A stretch of DNA of 64,000 nucleotides from Auanema rhodensis (Eukaryota; Animalia; Nematoda). The notes under the pieces were generated by a model that did no database searches, was not told the DNA's origin, and worked only from the letters and a program-made list of their open reading frames with translations. The translations under genes were made by a program, and so were the position numbers. The number at the start of each line of letters is the position of its first letter. Positions within the stretch are counted from its first letter, which is position 1. Below are positions 25,801 through 40,362 of this stretch, one piece after another. The DNA is taken from positions 17,050,001-17,114,000 of the forward strand of contig OZ059898.1 of the NCBI GenBank assembly GCA_964057225.1. Direction: 5' to 3'.

Positions 25801-28080
25801 ACTCAACATACACTAATGCATCATTTTTCAAACGATCATAACTAATTTTTGTATTAAGCGTTTCTCAATGTAGTATAGTGCATTTAATGCGGATTTTTAA
25901 GCTGCGTCGATCTGTGTTATCAAATTTGCGCTAGCTTAAAAATGCACCGAGATATCAACTGGTATAAGTTCACACTTATATCCTCGATTTTCACCCTGAA
26001 GAAATAATTTTTTCGTTGAATAACATTGTCCATCGTCTTTGCCTTGAAAAAAGGAATCTAAAAACATCTACTTTTTGCTAAATTATTCTGAAATTTTTCG
26101 AAAAAATTTTTGTCAAAATGTTTTTGGAAGCAATGTTGAGTGTACATGGAAACTCAACATACACTAATGCATCATTTTTCAAACGATCATAACTAATTTT
26201 TGTATTAAGCGTTTCTCAATGTAGTATAGTGCATTCGATGCGGATTTTTAAACTGCGTCGATCTGTGTTATCAGATTTGCGCTAGCTTAAAAATGCACCG
26301 AGATATCAACTGATATAAGTTCACACTTATATCCTCGATTTTCACCCTGAAGAATTATTTTTTTCGTTGAATAACATTGTCCATCGTCTTTGCCTTGAAA
26401 AAAGGAATCTAAAAACATCTACTTTTTGCTAAATTATTCTGAAATTTTTCGAAAAAATTTTTGTCAAAATGTTTTTGGAAGCAATTTTGAGTGTACATGG
26501 AAACTCAACATACACTAATGCATCATTTTTCAAACGATCATAACTAATTTTTGTATTAAGCGTTTCTCAATGTAGTATAGTGCATTCGATGCGGATTTTT
26601 AAACTGCGTCGATCTGTGTTATCAGATTTGCGCTAGCTTAAAAATGCACCGAGATATGAACTGATATAAGTTCACACTTATATCCTCGATTTTCACCCTG
26701 AAGAATTATTTTTTTCGTTGAATAACATTGTCCATCGTCTTTGCCTTGAAAAAAGGAATCTAAAAGCATCTACTTTTTGCTAAATTATTCTGAAATTTTT
26801 CGAAAAAATTTTTGTCAAAATGTTTTTGGAAGCAATGTTGAGTGTACATGGAAACTCAACATACACTAATGCATCATTTTTCAAACGATCATAACTAATT
26901 TTTGTATTAAGCGTTTCTCAATGTAGTATAGTGCATTCGATGCGGATTTTTAAACTGCGTCGATCTGTGTTATCAGATTTGCGCTAGCTTAAAAATGCAC
27001 CGAGATATGAACTGATATAAGTTCACACTTATATCCTCGATTTTCACCCTGAAGAATTATTTTTTTCGTTGAATAACATTGTCCATCGTCTTTGCCTTGA
27101 AAAAAGGAATCTAAAAACATCTACTTTTTGCTAAATTATTCTGAAATTTTTCGAAAAAATTTTTGTCAAAATGTTTTTGGAAGCAATGTTGAGTGTACAT
27201 GGAAACTCAACATACACTAATGCATCATTTTTCAAACGATCATAACTAATTTTTGTATTAAGCGTTTCTCAATGTAGTATAGTGCATTCGATGCGGATTT
27301 TTAAACTGCGTCGATCTGTGTTATCAGATTTGCGCTAGCTTAAAAATGCACCGAGATATCAACTGATATAAGTTCACACTTATATCCTCGATTTTCACCC
27401 TGAAGAATTATTTTTTTCGTTGAATAACATTGTCCATCGTCTTTGCCTTGAAAAAAGGAATCTAAAAACATCTACTTTTTGCTAAATTATTCTGAAATTT
27501 TTCGAAAAAATTTTTGTCAAAATGTTTTTGGAAGCAATTTTGAGTGTACATGGAAACTCAACATACACTAATGCATCATTTTTCAAACGATCATAACTAA
27601 TTTTTGTATTAAGCGTTTCTCAATGTAGTATAGTGCATTTAATGCGGATTTTTAAGCTGCGTCGATCTGTGTTATCAAATTTGCGCTAGCTTAAAAATGC
27701 ACCGAGATATCAACTGGTATAAGTTCACACTTATATCCTCGATTTTCACCCTGAAGAAATAATTTTTTCGTTGAATAACATTGTCCATCGTCTTTGCCTT
27801 GAAAAAAGGAATCTAAAAACATCTACTTTTTGCTAAATTATTCTGAAATTTTTCGAAAAAATTTTTGTCAAAATGTTTTTGGAAGCAATGTTGAGTGTAC
27901 ATGGAAACTCAACATACACTAATGCATCATTTTTCAAACGATCATAACTAATTTTTGTATTAAGCGTTTCTCAATGTAGTATAGTGCATTCGATGCGGAT
28001 TTTTAAACTGCGTCGATCTGTGTTATCAGATTTGCGCTAGCTTAAAAATGCACCGAGATATCAACTGATATAAGTTCACA

Positions 28081-31000
28081 CTTATATCCTCGATTTTCAC
28101 CCTGAAGAATTATTTTTTTCGTTGAATAACATTGTCCATCGTCTTTGCCTTGAAAAAAGGAATCTAAAAACTTCTATTTTTTGCTAAATTATTTTGAAAT
28201 TTTTCGAAAAAATTTTTGTCAAAATGTTTTTGGAAGCAATGTTGAGTGTACATGTAAACTCAACATACACTAATGCACCATTTTTCAAACAATCATAACT
28301 AATTTTTGTATTAAGCGTTTTTCAATGTAGTATAGTGCATTTGATGCGGATTTTTAAGCTGCGTCGATCTGTGTTATCAAATTTGCGCTAGCTTAAAAAT
28401 GCACCGAGATATCAACTGATATAAGTTCACACTTATATCCTCGATTTTCACCCTGAAGAAATAATTTTTTCGTTGAATAACATTGTCCATCGTCTTTGCC
28501 TTGAAAAACGGAATCTAAAAACATCTACTTTTTGCTAAATTATTCTGAAATTTTTCGAAAAAATTTTTGTCAAAATGTTTTTGGAAGCAATGTTGAGTAT
28601 ACATGGAAACTCAACATACACTAATGCATCATTTTTCAAACGATCATAACTAATTTTTGTATTAAGCGTTTCTCAATGTAGTATAGTGCATTCGATGCGG
28701 ATTTTTAAACTGCGTCGATCTGTGTTATCAGATTTGCGCTAGCTTAAAAATGCACCGAGATATCAACTGATATAAGTTCACACTTATATCCTCGATTTTC
28801 ACCCTGAAGAATTATTTTTTTCGTTGAATAACATTGTCCATCGTCTTTGCCTTGAAAAAAGGAATCTAAAAACTTCTATTTTTTGCTAAATTATTTTGAA
28901 ATTTTTCGAAAAAATTTTTGTCAAAATGTTTTTGGAAGCAATGTTGAGTGTACATGTAAACTCAACATACACTAATGCACCATTTTTCAAACAATCATAA
29001 CTAATTTTTGTATTAAGCGTTTTTCAATGTAGTATAGTGCATTTGATGCGGATTTTTAAGCTGCGTCGATCTGTGTTATCAAATTTGCGCTAGCTTAAAA
29101 ATGCACCGAGATATCAACTGATATAAGTTCACACTTATATCCTCGATTTTCACCCTGAAGAAATAATTTTTTCGTTGAATAACATTGTCCATCGTCTTTG
29201 CCTTGAAAAACGGAATCTAAAAACATCTACTTTTTGCTAAATTATTCTGAAATTTTTCGAAAAAATTTTTGTCAAAATGTTTTTGGAAGCAATGTTGAGT
29301 ATACATGGAAACTCAACATACACTAATGCATCATTTTTCAAACGATCATAACTAATTCTTGTATTAAGCGTTTCTCAATGTAGTATAGTGCATTCGATGC
29401 GGATTTTTAAACTGCGTCGATCTGTGTTATCAGATTTGCGCTAGCTTAAAAATGCACCGAGATATCAACTGATATAAGTTCACACTTATATCCTCGATTT
29501 TCACCCTGAAGAATTATTTTTTTCGTTGAATAACATTGTCCATCGTCTTTGCCTTGAAAAAAGGAATCTAAAAACTTCTATTTTTTGCTAAATTATTTTG
29601 AAATCTTTCGAAAAAATTTTTGTCAAAATGTTTTTGGAAGCAATGTTGAGTGTACATGTAAACTCAACATACACTAATGCACCATTTTTCAAACAATCAT
29701 AACTAATTTTTGTATTAAGCGTTTTTCAATGTAGTATAGTGCATTTGATGCGGATTTTTAAGCTGCGTCGATCTGTGTTATCAAATTTGCGCTAGCTTAA
29801 AAATGCACCGAGATATCAACTGATATAAGTTCACACTTATATCCTCGATTTTCACCCTGAAGAAATAATTTTTTCGTTGAATAACATTGTCCATCGTCTT
29901 TGCCTTGAAAAAAGGAATCTAAAAACATCTACTTTTTGCTAAATTATTTTGAAGTTTTTCGAAAAAATTTTTGTCAAAATGTTTTTGGAAGCAATGTTGA
30001 GTATACATGGAAACTCAACATACACTAATGCATCATTTTTCAAACGATCATAACTAATTTTTGTATTAAGCGTTTCTCAATGTAGTATAGTGCATTCGAT
30101 GCGGATTTTTAAACTGCGTCGATCTGTGTTATCAGATTTGCGCTAGCTTAAAAATGCACCGAGATATCAACTGATATAAGTTCACACTTATATCCTCGAT
30201 TTTCACCCTGAAGAATTATTTTTTTCGTTGAATAACATTGTCCATCGTCTTTGCCTTGAAAAAAGGAATCTAAAAACTTCTATTTTTTGCTAAATTATTT
30301 TGAAATTTTTCGAAAAAATTTTTGTCAAAATGTTTTTGGAAGCAATGTTGAGTGTACATGTAAACTCAACATACACTAATGCACCATTTTTCAAACAATC
30401 ATAACTAATTTTTGTATTAAGCGTTTTTCAATGTAGTATAGTGCATTTGATGCGGATTTTTAAGCTGCGTCGATCTGTGTTATCAAATTTGCGCTAGCTT
30501 AAAAATGCACCGAGATATCAACTGATATAAGTTCACACTTATATCCTCGATTTTCACCCTGAAGAAATAATTTTTTCGTTGAATAACATTGTCCATCGTC
30601 TTTGCCTTGAAAAACGGAATCTAAAAACATCTACTTTTTGCTAAATTATTCTGAAATTTTTCGAAAAAATTTTTGTCAAAATGTTTTTGGAAGCAATGTT
30701 GAGTATACATGGAAACTCAACATACACTAATGCATCATTTTTCAAACGATCATAACTAATTTTTGTATTAAGCGTTTCTCAATGTAGTATAGTGCATTTA
30801 ATGCGGATTTTTAAGCTGCGTCGATCTGTGTTATCAAATTTGCGCTAGCTTAAAAATGCACCGAGATATCAACTGGTATAAGTTCACACTTATATCCTCG
30901 ATTTTCACCCTGAAGAAATAATTTTTTCGTTGAATAACATTGTCCATCGTCTTTGCCTTGAAAAAAGGAATCTAAAAACATCTACTTTTTGCTAAATTAT

Positions 31001-34000
31001 TCTGAAATTTTTCGAAAAAATTTTTGTCAAAATGTTTTTGGAAGCAATGTTGAGTGTACATGGAAACTCAACATACACTAATGCATCATTTTTCAAACGA
31101 TCATAACTAATTTTTGTATTAAGCGTTTCTCAATGTAGTATAGTGCATTCGATGCGGATTTTTAAACTGCGTCGATCTGTGTTATCAGATTTGCGCTAGC
31201 TTAAAAATGCACCGAGATATCAACTGATATAAGTTCACACTTATATCCTCGATTTTCACCCTGAAGAATTATTTTTTTCGTTGAATAACATTGTCCATCG
31301 TCTTTGCCTTGAAAAAAGGAATCTAAAAACTTCTATTTTTTGCTAAATTATTTTGAAATTTTTCGAAAAAATTTTTGTCAAAATGTTTTTGGAAGCAATG
31401 TTGAGTGTACATGTAAACTCAACATACACTAATGCACCATTTTTCAAACAATCATAACTAATTTTTGTATTAAGCGTTTTTCAATGTAGTATAGTGCATT
31501 TGATGCGGATTTTTAAGCTGCGTCGATCTGTGTTATCAAATTTGCGCTAGCTTAAAAATGCACCGAGATATCAACTGATATAAGTTCACACTTATATCCT
31601 CGATTTTCACCCTGAAGAAATAATTTTTTCGTTGAATAACATTGTCCATCGTCTTTGCCTTGAAAAACGGAATCTAAAAACATCTACTTTTTGCTAAATT
31701 ATTCTGAAATTTTTCGAAAAAATTTTTGTCAAAATGTTTTTGGAAGCAATGTTGAGTATACATGGAAACTCAACATACACTAATGCATCATTTTTCAAAC
31801 GATCATAACTAATTTTTGTATTAAGCGTTTCTCAATGTAGTATAGTGCATTCGATGCGGATTTTTAAACTGCGTCGATCTGTGTTATCAGATTTGCGCTA
31901 GCTTAAAAATGCACCGAGATATCAACTGATATAAGTTCACACTTATATCCTCGATTTTCACCCTGAAGAATTATTTTTTTCGTTGAATAACATTGTCCAT
32001 CGTCTTTGCCTTGAAAAAAGGAATCTAAAAACTTCTATTTTTTGCTAAATTATTTTGAAATTTTTCGAAAAAATTTTTGTCAAAATGTTTTTGGAAGCAA
32101 TGTTGAGTGTACATGTAAACTCAACATACACTAATGCACCATTTTTCAAACAATCATAACTAATTTTTGTATTAAGCGTTTTTCAATGTAGTATAGTGCA
32201 TTTGATGCGGATTTTTAAGCTGCGTCGATCTGTGTTATCAAATTTGCGCTAGCTTAAAAATGCACCGAGATATCAACTGATATAAGTTCACACTTATATC
32301 CTCGATTTTCACCCTGAAGAAATAATTTTTTCGTTGAATAACATTGTCCATCGTCTTTGCCTTGAAAAACGGAATCTAAAAACATCTACTTTTTGCTAAA
32401 TTATTCTGAAATTTTTCGAAAAAATTTTTGTCAAAATGTTTTTGGAAGCAATGTTGAGTATACATGGAAACTCAACATACACTAATGCATCATTTTTCAA
32501 ACGATCATAACTAATTCTTGTATTAAGCGTTTCTCAATGTAGTATAGTGCATTCGATGCGGATTTTTAAACTGCGTCGATCTGTGTTATCAGATTTGCGC
32601 TAGCTTAAAAATGCACCGAGATATCAACTGATATAAGTTCACACTTATATCCTCGATTTTCACCCTGAAGAATTATTTTTTTCGTTGAATAACATTGTCC
32701 ATCGTCTTTGCCTTGAAAAAAGGAATCTAAAAACTTCTATTTTTTGCTAAATTATTTTGAAATCTTTCGAAAAAATTTTTGTCAAAATGTTTTTGGAAGC
32801 AATGTTGAGTGTACATGTAAACTCAACATACACTAATGCACCATTTTTCAAACAATCATAACTAATTTTTGTATTAAGCGTTTTTCAATGTAGTATAGTG
32901 CATTTGATGCGGATTTTTAAGCTGCGTCGATCTGTGTTATCAAATTTGCGCTAGCTTAAAAATGCACCGAGATATCAACTGATATAAGTTCACACTTATA
33001 TCCTCGATTTTCACCCTGAAGAAATAATTTTTTCGTTGAATAACATTGTCCATCGTCTTTGCCTTGAAAAAAGGAATCTAAAAACATCTACTTTTTGCTA
33101 AATTATTTTGAAGTTTTTCGAAAAAATTTTTGTCAAAATGTTTTTGGAAGCAATGTTGAGTATACATGGAAACTCAACATACACTAATGCATCATTTTTC
33201 AAACGATCATAACTAATTTTTGTATTAAGCGTTTCTCAATGTAGTATAGTGCATTCGATGCGGATTTTTAAACTGCGTCGATCTGTGTTATCAGATTTGC
33301 GCTAGCTTAAAAATGCACCGAGATATCAACTGATATAAGTTCACACTTATATCCTCGATTTTCACCCTGAAGAATTATTTTTTTCGTTGAATAACATTGT
33401 CCATCGTCTTTGCCTTGAAAAAAGGAATCTAAAAACTTCTATTTTTTGCTAAATTATTTTGAAATTTTTCGAAAAAATTTTTGTCAAAATGTTTTTGGAA
33501 GCAATGTTGAGTGTACATGTAAACTCAACATACACTAATGCACCATTTTTCAAACAATCATAACTAATTTTTGTATTAAGCGTTTTTCAATGTAGTATAG
33601 TGCATTTGATGCGGATTTTTAAGCTGCGTCGATCTGTGTTATCAAATTTGCGCTAGCTTAAAAATGCACCGAGATATCAACTGATATAAGTTCACACTTA
33701 TATCCTCGATTTTCACCCTGAAGAAATAATTTTTTCGTTGAATAACATTGTCCATCGTCTTTGCCTTGAAAAACGGAATCTAAAAACATCTACTTTTTGC
33801 TAAATTATTCTGAAATTTTTCGAAAAAATTTTTGTCAAAATGTTTTTGGAAGCAATGTTGAGTATACATGGAAACTCAACATACACTAATGCATCATTTT
33901 TCAAACGATCATAACTAATTTTTGTATTAAGCGTTTCTCAATGTAGTATAGTGCATTCGATGCGGATTTTTAAACTGCGTCGATCTGTGTTATCAGATTT

Positions 34001-34749
34001 GCGCTAGCTTAAAAATGCACCGAGATATCAACTGATATAAGTTCACACTTATATCCTCGATTTTCACCCTGAAGAATTATTTTTTTCGTTGAATAACATT
34101 GTCCATCGTCTTTGCCTTGAAAAAAGGAATCTAAAAACTTCTATTTTTTGCTAAATTATTTTGAAATTTTTCGAAAAAATTTTTGTCAAAATGTTTTTGG
34201 AAGCAATGTTGAGTGTACATGTAAACTCAACATACACTAATGCACCATTTTTCAAACAATCATAACTAATTTTTGTATTAAGCGTTTTTCAATGTAGTAT
34301 AGTGCATTTGATGCGGATTTTTAAGCTGCGTCGATCTGTGTTATCAAATTTGCGCTAGCTTAAAAATGCACCGAGATATCAACTGATATAAGTTCACACT
34401 TATATCCTCGATTTTCACCCTGAAGAAATAATTTTTTCGTTGAATAACATTGTCCATCGTCTTTGCCTTGAAAAACGGAATCTAAAAACATCTACTTTTT
34501 GCTAAATTATTCTGAAATTTTTCGAAAAAATTTTTGTCAAAATGTTTTTGGAAGCAATGTTGAGTATACATGGAAACTCAACATACACTAATGCATCATT
34601 TTTCAAACGATCATAACTAATTTTTGTATTAAGCGTTTCTCAATGTAGTATAGTGCATTCGATGCGGATTTTTAAACTGCGTCGATCTGTGTTATCAGAT
34701 TTGCGCTAGCTTAAAAATGCACCGAGATATGAACTGATATAAGTTCACA
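28081..34749. repeat. Dimeric (702-bp) A/B higher-order repeat tract containing a 9-monomer (3159-bp) duplication
   Basis: A-type monomers start at 28081, 28783, 29485, 30187, 31240, 31942, 32644, 33346 and 34048, alternating with B-type monomers (gagtatac, usually aaaacgg). Private variants taattcttg (about 29358/32517) and aaatctttcg (about 29605/32764) are 3159 bp apart. Confidence 0.9.
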
Positions 34750-35450
34750 CTTATATCCTCGATTTTCACCCTGAAGAATTATTTTTTCGTTGAATAACAT
34801 TGTCCATCGTCTTTGCCTTGAAAAACGGAATCTAAAAACATCTACTTTTTGCTAAATTATTCTGAAATTTTTCGAAAAAATTTTTGTCAAAATGTTTTTG
34901 GAAGCAATGTTGAGTGTACATGGAAACTCAACATACACTAATGCATCATTTTTCAAACGATCATAACTAATTTTTGTATTAAGCGTTTCTCAATGTAGTA
35001 TAGTGCATTCGATGCGGATTTTTAAACTGCGTCGATCTGTGTTATCAGATTTGCGCTAGCTTAAAAATGCACCGAGATATGAACTGATATAAGTTCACAC
35101 TTATATCCTCGATTTTCACCCTGAAGAATTATTTTTTTCGTTGAATAACATTGTCCATCGTCTTTGCCTTGAAAAAAGGAATCTAAAAACATCTACTTTT
35201 TGCTAAATTATTCTGAAATTTTTCGAAAAAATTTTTGTCAAAATGTTTTTGGAAGCAATGTTGAGTGTACATGGAAACTCAACATACACTAATGCATCAT
35301 TTTTCAAACGATCATAACTAATTTTTGTATTAAGCGTTTCTCAATGTAGTATAGTGCATTCGATGCGGATTTTTAAACTGCGTCGATCTGTGTTATCAGA
35401 TTTGCGCTAGCTTAAAAATGCACCGAGATATCAACTGATATAAGTTCACA

Positions 35451-38400
35451 CTTATATCCTCGATTTTCACCCTGAAGAATTATTTTTTTCGTTGAATAAC
35501 ATTGTCCATCGTCTTTGCCTTGAAAAAAGGAATCTAAAAACTTCTATTTTTTGCTAAATTATTTTGAAATTTTTCGAAAAAATTTTTGTCAAAATGTTTT
35601 TGGAAGCAATGTTGAGTGTACATGTAAACTCAACATACACTAATGCACCATTTTTCAAACAATCATAACTAATTTTTGTATTAAGCGTTTTTCAATGTAG
35701 TATAGTGCATTTGATGCGGATTTTTAAGCTGCGTCGATCTGTGTTATCAAATTTGCGCTAGCTTAAAAATGCACCGAGATATCAACTGATATAAGTTCAC
35801 ACTTATATCCTCGATTTTCACCCTGAAGAAATAATTTTTTCGTTGAATAACATTGTCCATCGTCTTTGCCTTGAAAAACGGAATCTAAAAACATCTACTT
35901 TTTGCTAAATTATTCTGAAATTTTTCGAAAAAATTTTTGTCAAAATGTTTTTGGAAGCAATGTTGAGTATACATGGAAACTCAACATACACTAATGCATC
36001 ATTTTTCAAACGATCATAACTAATTTTTGTATTAAGCGTTTCTCAATGTAGTATAGTGCATTCGATGCGGATTTTTAAACTGCGTCGATCTGTGTTATCA
36101 GATTTGCGCTAGCTTAAAAATGCACCGAGATATGAACTGATATAAGTTCACACTTATATCCTCGATTTTCACCCTGAAGAATTATTTTTTCGTTGAATAA
36201 CATTGTCCATCGTCTTTGCCTTGAAAAAAGGAATCTAAAAACATCTACTTTTTGCTAAATTATTCTGAAATTTTTCGAAAAAATTTTTGTCAAAATGTTT
36301 TTGGAAGCAATGTTGAGTGTACATGGAAACTCAACATACACTAATGCATCATTTTTCAAACGATCATAACTAATTTTTGTATTAAGCGTTTCTCAATGTA
36401 GTATAGTGCATTCGATGCGGATTTTTAAACTGCGTCGATCTGTGTTATCAGATTTGCGCTAGCTTAAAAAAGCACCGAGATATGAACTGATATAAGTTCA
36501 CACTTATATCCTCGATTTTCACCCTGAAGAATTATTTTTTTCGTTGAATAACATTGTCCATCGTCTTTGCCTTGAAAAAAGGAATCTAAAAACATCTACT
36601 TTTTGCTAAATTATTCTGAAATTTTTCGAAAAAATTTTTGTCAAAATGTTTTTGGAAGCAATGTTGAGTGTACATGGAAACTCAACATACACTAATGCAT
36701 CATTTTTCAAACGATCATAACTAATTTTTGTATTAAGCGTTTCTCAATGTAGTATAGTGCATTCGATGCGGATTTTTAAACTGCGTCGATCTGTGTTATC
36801 AGATTTGCGCTAGCTTAAAAATGCACCGAGATATCAACTGATATAAGTTCACACTTATATCCTCGATTTTCACCCTGAAGAATTATTTTTTTCGTTGAAT
36901 AACATTGTCCATCGTCTTTGCCTTGAAAAAAGGAATCTAAAAACATCTACTTTTTGCTAAATTATTCTGAAATGTTTCGAAAAAATTTTTGTCAAAATGT
37001 TTTTGGAAGCAATTTTGAGTGTACATGGAAACTCAACATACACTAATGCATCATTTTTCAAACGATCATAACTAATTTTTGTATTAAGCGTTTCTCAATG
37101 TAGTATAGTGCATTTGATGCGGATTTTTAAGCTGCGTCGATCTGTGTTATCAAATTTGCGCTAGCTTAAAAATGCACCGAGATATCAACTGATATAAGTT
37201 CACACTTATATCCTCGATTTTCACCCTGAAGAATTATTTTTTTCGTTGAATAACATTGTCCATCGTCTTTGCCTTGAAAAAAGGAATCTAAAAACTTCTA
37301 TTTTTTGCTAAATTATTTTGAAATTTTTCGAAAAAATTTTTGTCAAAATGTTTTTGGAAGCAATGTTGAGTGTACATGTAAACTCAACATACACTAATGC
37401 ACCATTTTTCAAACAATCATAACTAATTTTTGTATTAAGCGTTTTTCAATGTAGTATAGTGCATTTGATGCGGATTTTTAAGCTGCGTCGATCTGTGTTA
37501 TCAAATTTGCGCTAGCTTAAAAATGCACCGAGATATCAACTGATATAAGTTCACTTTTATATCCTCGATTTTCACCCTGAAGAAATAATTTTTTCGTTGA
37601 ATAACATTGTCCATCGTCTTTGCCTTGAAAAACGGAATCTAAAAACATCTACTTTTTGCTAAATTATTCTGAAATTTTTCGAAAAAATTTTTGTCAAAAT
37701 GTTTTTGGAAGCAATGTTGAGTGTACATGGAAACTCAACATACACTAATGCATCATTTTTCAAACGATCATAACTAATTTTTGTATTAAGCGTTTCTCAA
37801 TGTAGTATAGTGCATTCGATGCGGATTTTTAAACTGCGTCGATCTGTGTTATCAGATTTGCGCTAGCTTAAAAATGCACCGAGATATCAACTGATATAAG
37901 TTCACACTTATATCCTCGATTTTCACCCTGAAGAATTATTTTTTTCGTTGAATAACATTGTCCATCGTCTTTGCCTTGAAAAAAGGAATCTAAAAACTTC
38001 TATTTTTTGCTAAATTATTTTGAAATTTTTCGAAAAAATTTTTGTCAAAATGTTTTTGGAAGCAATGTTGAGTGTACATGTAAACTCAACATACACTAAT
38101 GCACCATTTTTCAAACAATCATAACTAATTTTTGTATTAAGCGTTTTTCAATGTAGTATAGTGCATTTGATGCGGATTTTTAAGCTGCGTCGATCTGTGT
38201 TATCAAATTTGCGCTAGCTTAAAAATGCACCGAGATATCAACTGATATAAGTTCACACTTATATCCTCGATTTTCACCCTGAAGAAATAATTTTTTCGTT
38301 GAATAACATTGTCCATCGTCTTTGCCTTGAAAAACGGAATCTAAAAACATCTACTTTTTGCTAAATTATTCTGAAATTTTTCGAAAAAATTTTTGTCAAA

Positions 38401-40362
38401 ATGTTTTTGGAAGCAATGTTGAGTATACATGGAAACTCAACATACACTAATGCATCATTTTTCAAACGATCATAACTAATTTTTGTATTAAGCGTTTCTC
38501 AATGTAGTATAGTGCATTCGATGCGGATTTTTAAACTGCGTCGATCTGTGTTATCAGATTTGCGCTAGCTTAAAAATGCACCGAGATATGAACTGATATA
38601 AGTTCACACTTATATCCTCGATTTTCACCCTGAAGAATTATTTTTTCGTTGAATAACATTGTCCATCGTCTTTGCCTTGAAAAAAGGAATCTAAAAACAT
38701 CTACTTTTTGCTAAATTATTCTGAAATTTTTCGAAAAAATTTTTGTCAAAATGTTTTTGGAAGCAATGTTGAGTGTACATGGAAACTCAACATACACTAA
38801 TGCATCATTTTTCAAACGATCATAACTAATTTTTGTATTAAGCGTTTCTCAATGTAGTATAGTGCATTCGATGCGGATTTTTAAACTGCGTCGATCTGTG
38901 TTATCAGATTTGCGCTAGCTTAAAAATGCACCGAGATATGAACTGATATAAGTTCACACTTATATCCTCGATTTTCACCCTGAAGAATTATTTTTTTCGT
39001 TGAATAACATTGTCCATCGTCTTTGCCTTGAAAAAAGGAATCTAAAAACATCTACTTTTTGCTAAATTATTCTGAAATTTTTCGAAAAAATTTTTGTCAA
39101 AATGTTTTTGGAAGCAATGTTGAGTGTACATGGAAACTCAACATACACTAATGCATCATTTTTCAAACGATCATAACTAATTTTTGTATTAAGCGTTTCT
39201 CAATGTAGTATAGTGCATTCAATGCGGATTTTTAAACTGCGTCGATCTGTGTTATCAGATTTGCGCTAGCTTAAAAATGCACCGAGATATCAACTGATAT
39301 AAGTTCACACTTATATCCTCGATTTTCACCCTGAAGAATTATTTTTTTCGTTGAATAACATTGTCCATCGTCTTTGCCTTGAAAAAAGGAATCTAAAAAC
39401 ATCTACTTTTTGCTAAATTATTCTGAAATGTTTCGAAAAAATTTTTGTCAAAATGTTTTTGGAAGCAATTTTGAGTGTACATGGAAACTCAACATACACT
39501 AATGCATCATTTTTCAAACGATCATAACTAATTTTTGTATTAAGCGTTTCTCAATGTAGTATAGTGCATTTGATGCGGATTTTTAAGCTGCGTCGATCTG
39601 TGTTATCAAATTTGCGCTAGCTTAAAAATGCACCGAGATATCAACTGATATAAGTTCACACTTATATCCTCGATTTTCACCCTGAAGAATTATTTTTTTC
39701 GTTGAATAACATTGTCCATCGTCTTTGCCTTGAAAAAAGGAATCTAAAAACTTCTATTTTTTGCTAAATTATTTTGAAATTTTTCGAAAAAATTTTTGTC
39801 AAAATGTTTTTGGAAGCAATGTTGAGTGTACATGTAAACTCAACATACACTAATGCACCATTTTTCAAACAATCATAACTAATTTTTGTATTAAGCGTTT
39901 TTCAATGTAGTATAGTGCATTTGATGCGGATTTTTAAGCTGCGTCGATCTGTGTTATCAAATTTGCGCTAGCTTAAAAATGCACCGAGATATCAACTGAT
40001 ATAAGTTCACTTTTATATCCTCGATTTTCACCCTGAAGAAATAATTTTTTCGTTGAATAACATTGTCCATCGTCTTTGCCTTGAAAAACGGAATCTAAAA
40101 ACATCTACTTTTTGCTAAATTATTCTGAAATTTTTCGAAAAAATTTTTGTCAAAATGTTTTTGGAAGCAATGTTGAGTGTACATGGAAACTCAACATACA
40201 CTAATGCATCATTTTTCAAACGATCATAACTAATTTTTGTATTAAGCGTTTCTCAATGTAGTATAGTGCATTCGATGCGGATTTTTAAACTGCGTCGATC
40301 TGTGTTATCAGATTTGCGCTAGCTTAAAAATGCACCGAGATATGAACTGATATAAGTTCACA
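35451..40362. repeat. 7-monomer tandem duplication (2456 bp = 7x351-1)
   Basis: The T7-to-T6 deletion (about 36185/38641), aaatgtttcg (36974/39430) and tcactttta (about 37555/40011) all recur at 2456 bp. Confidence 0.9.
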
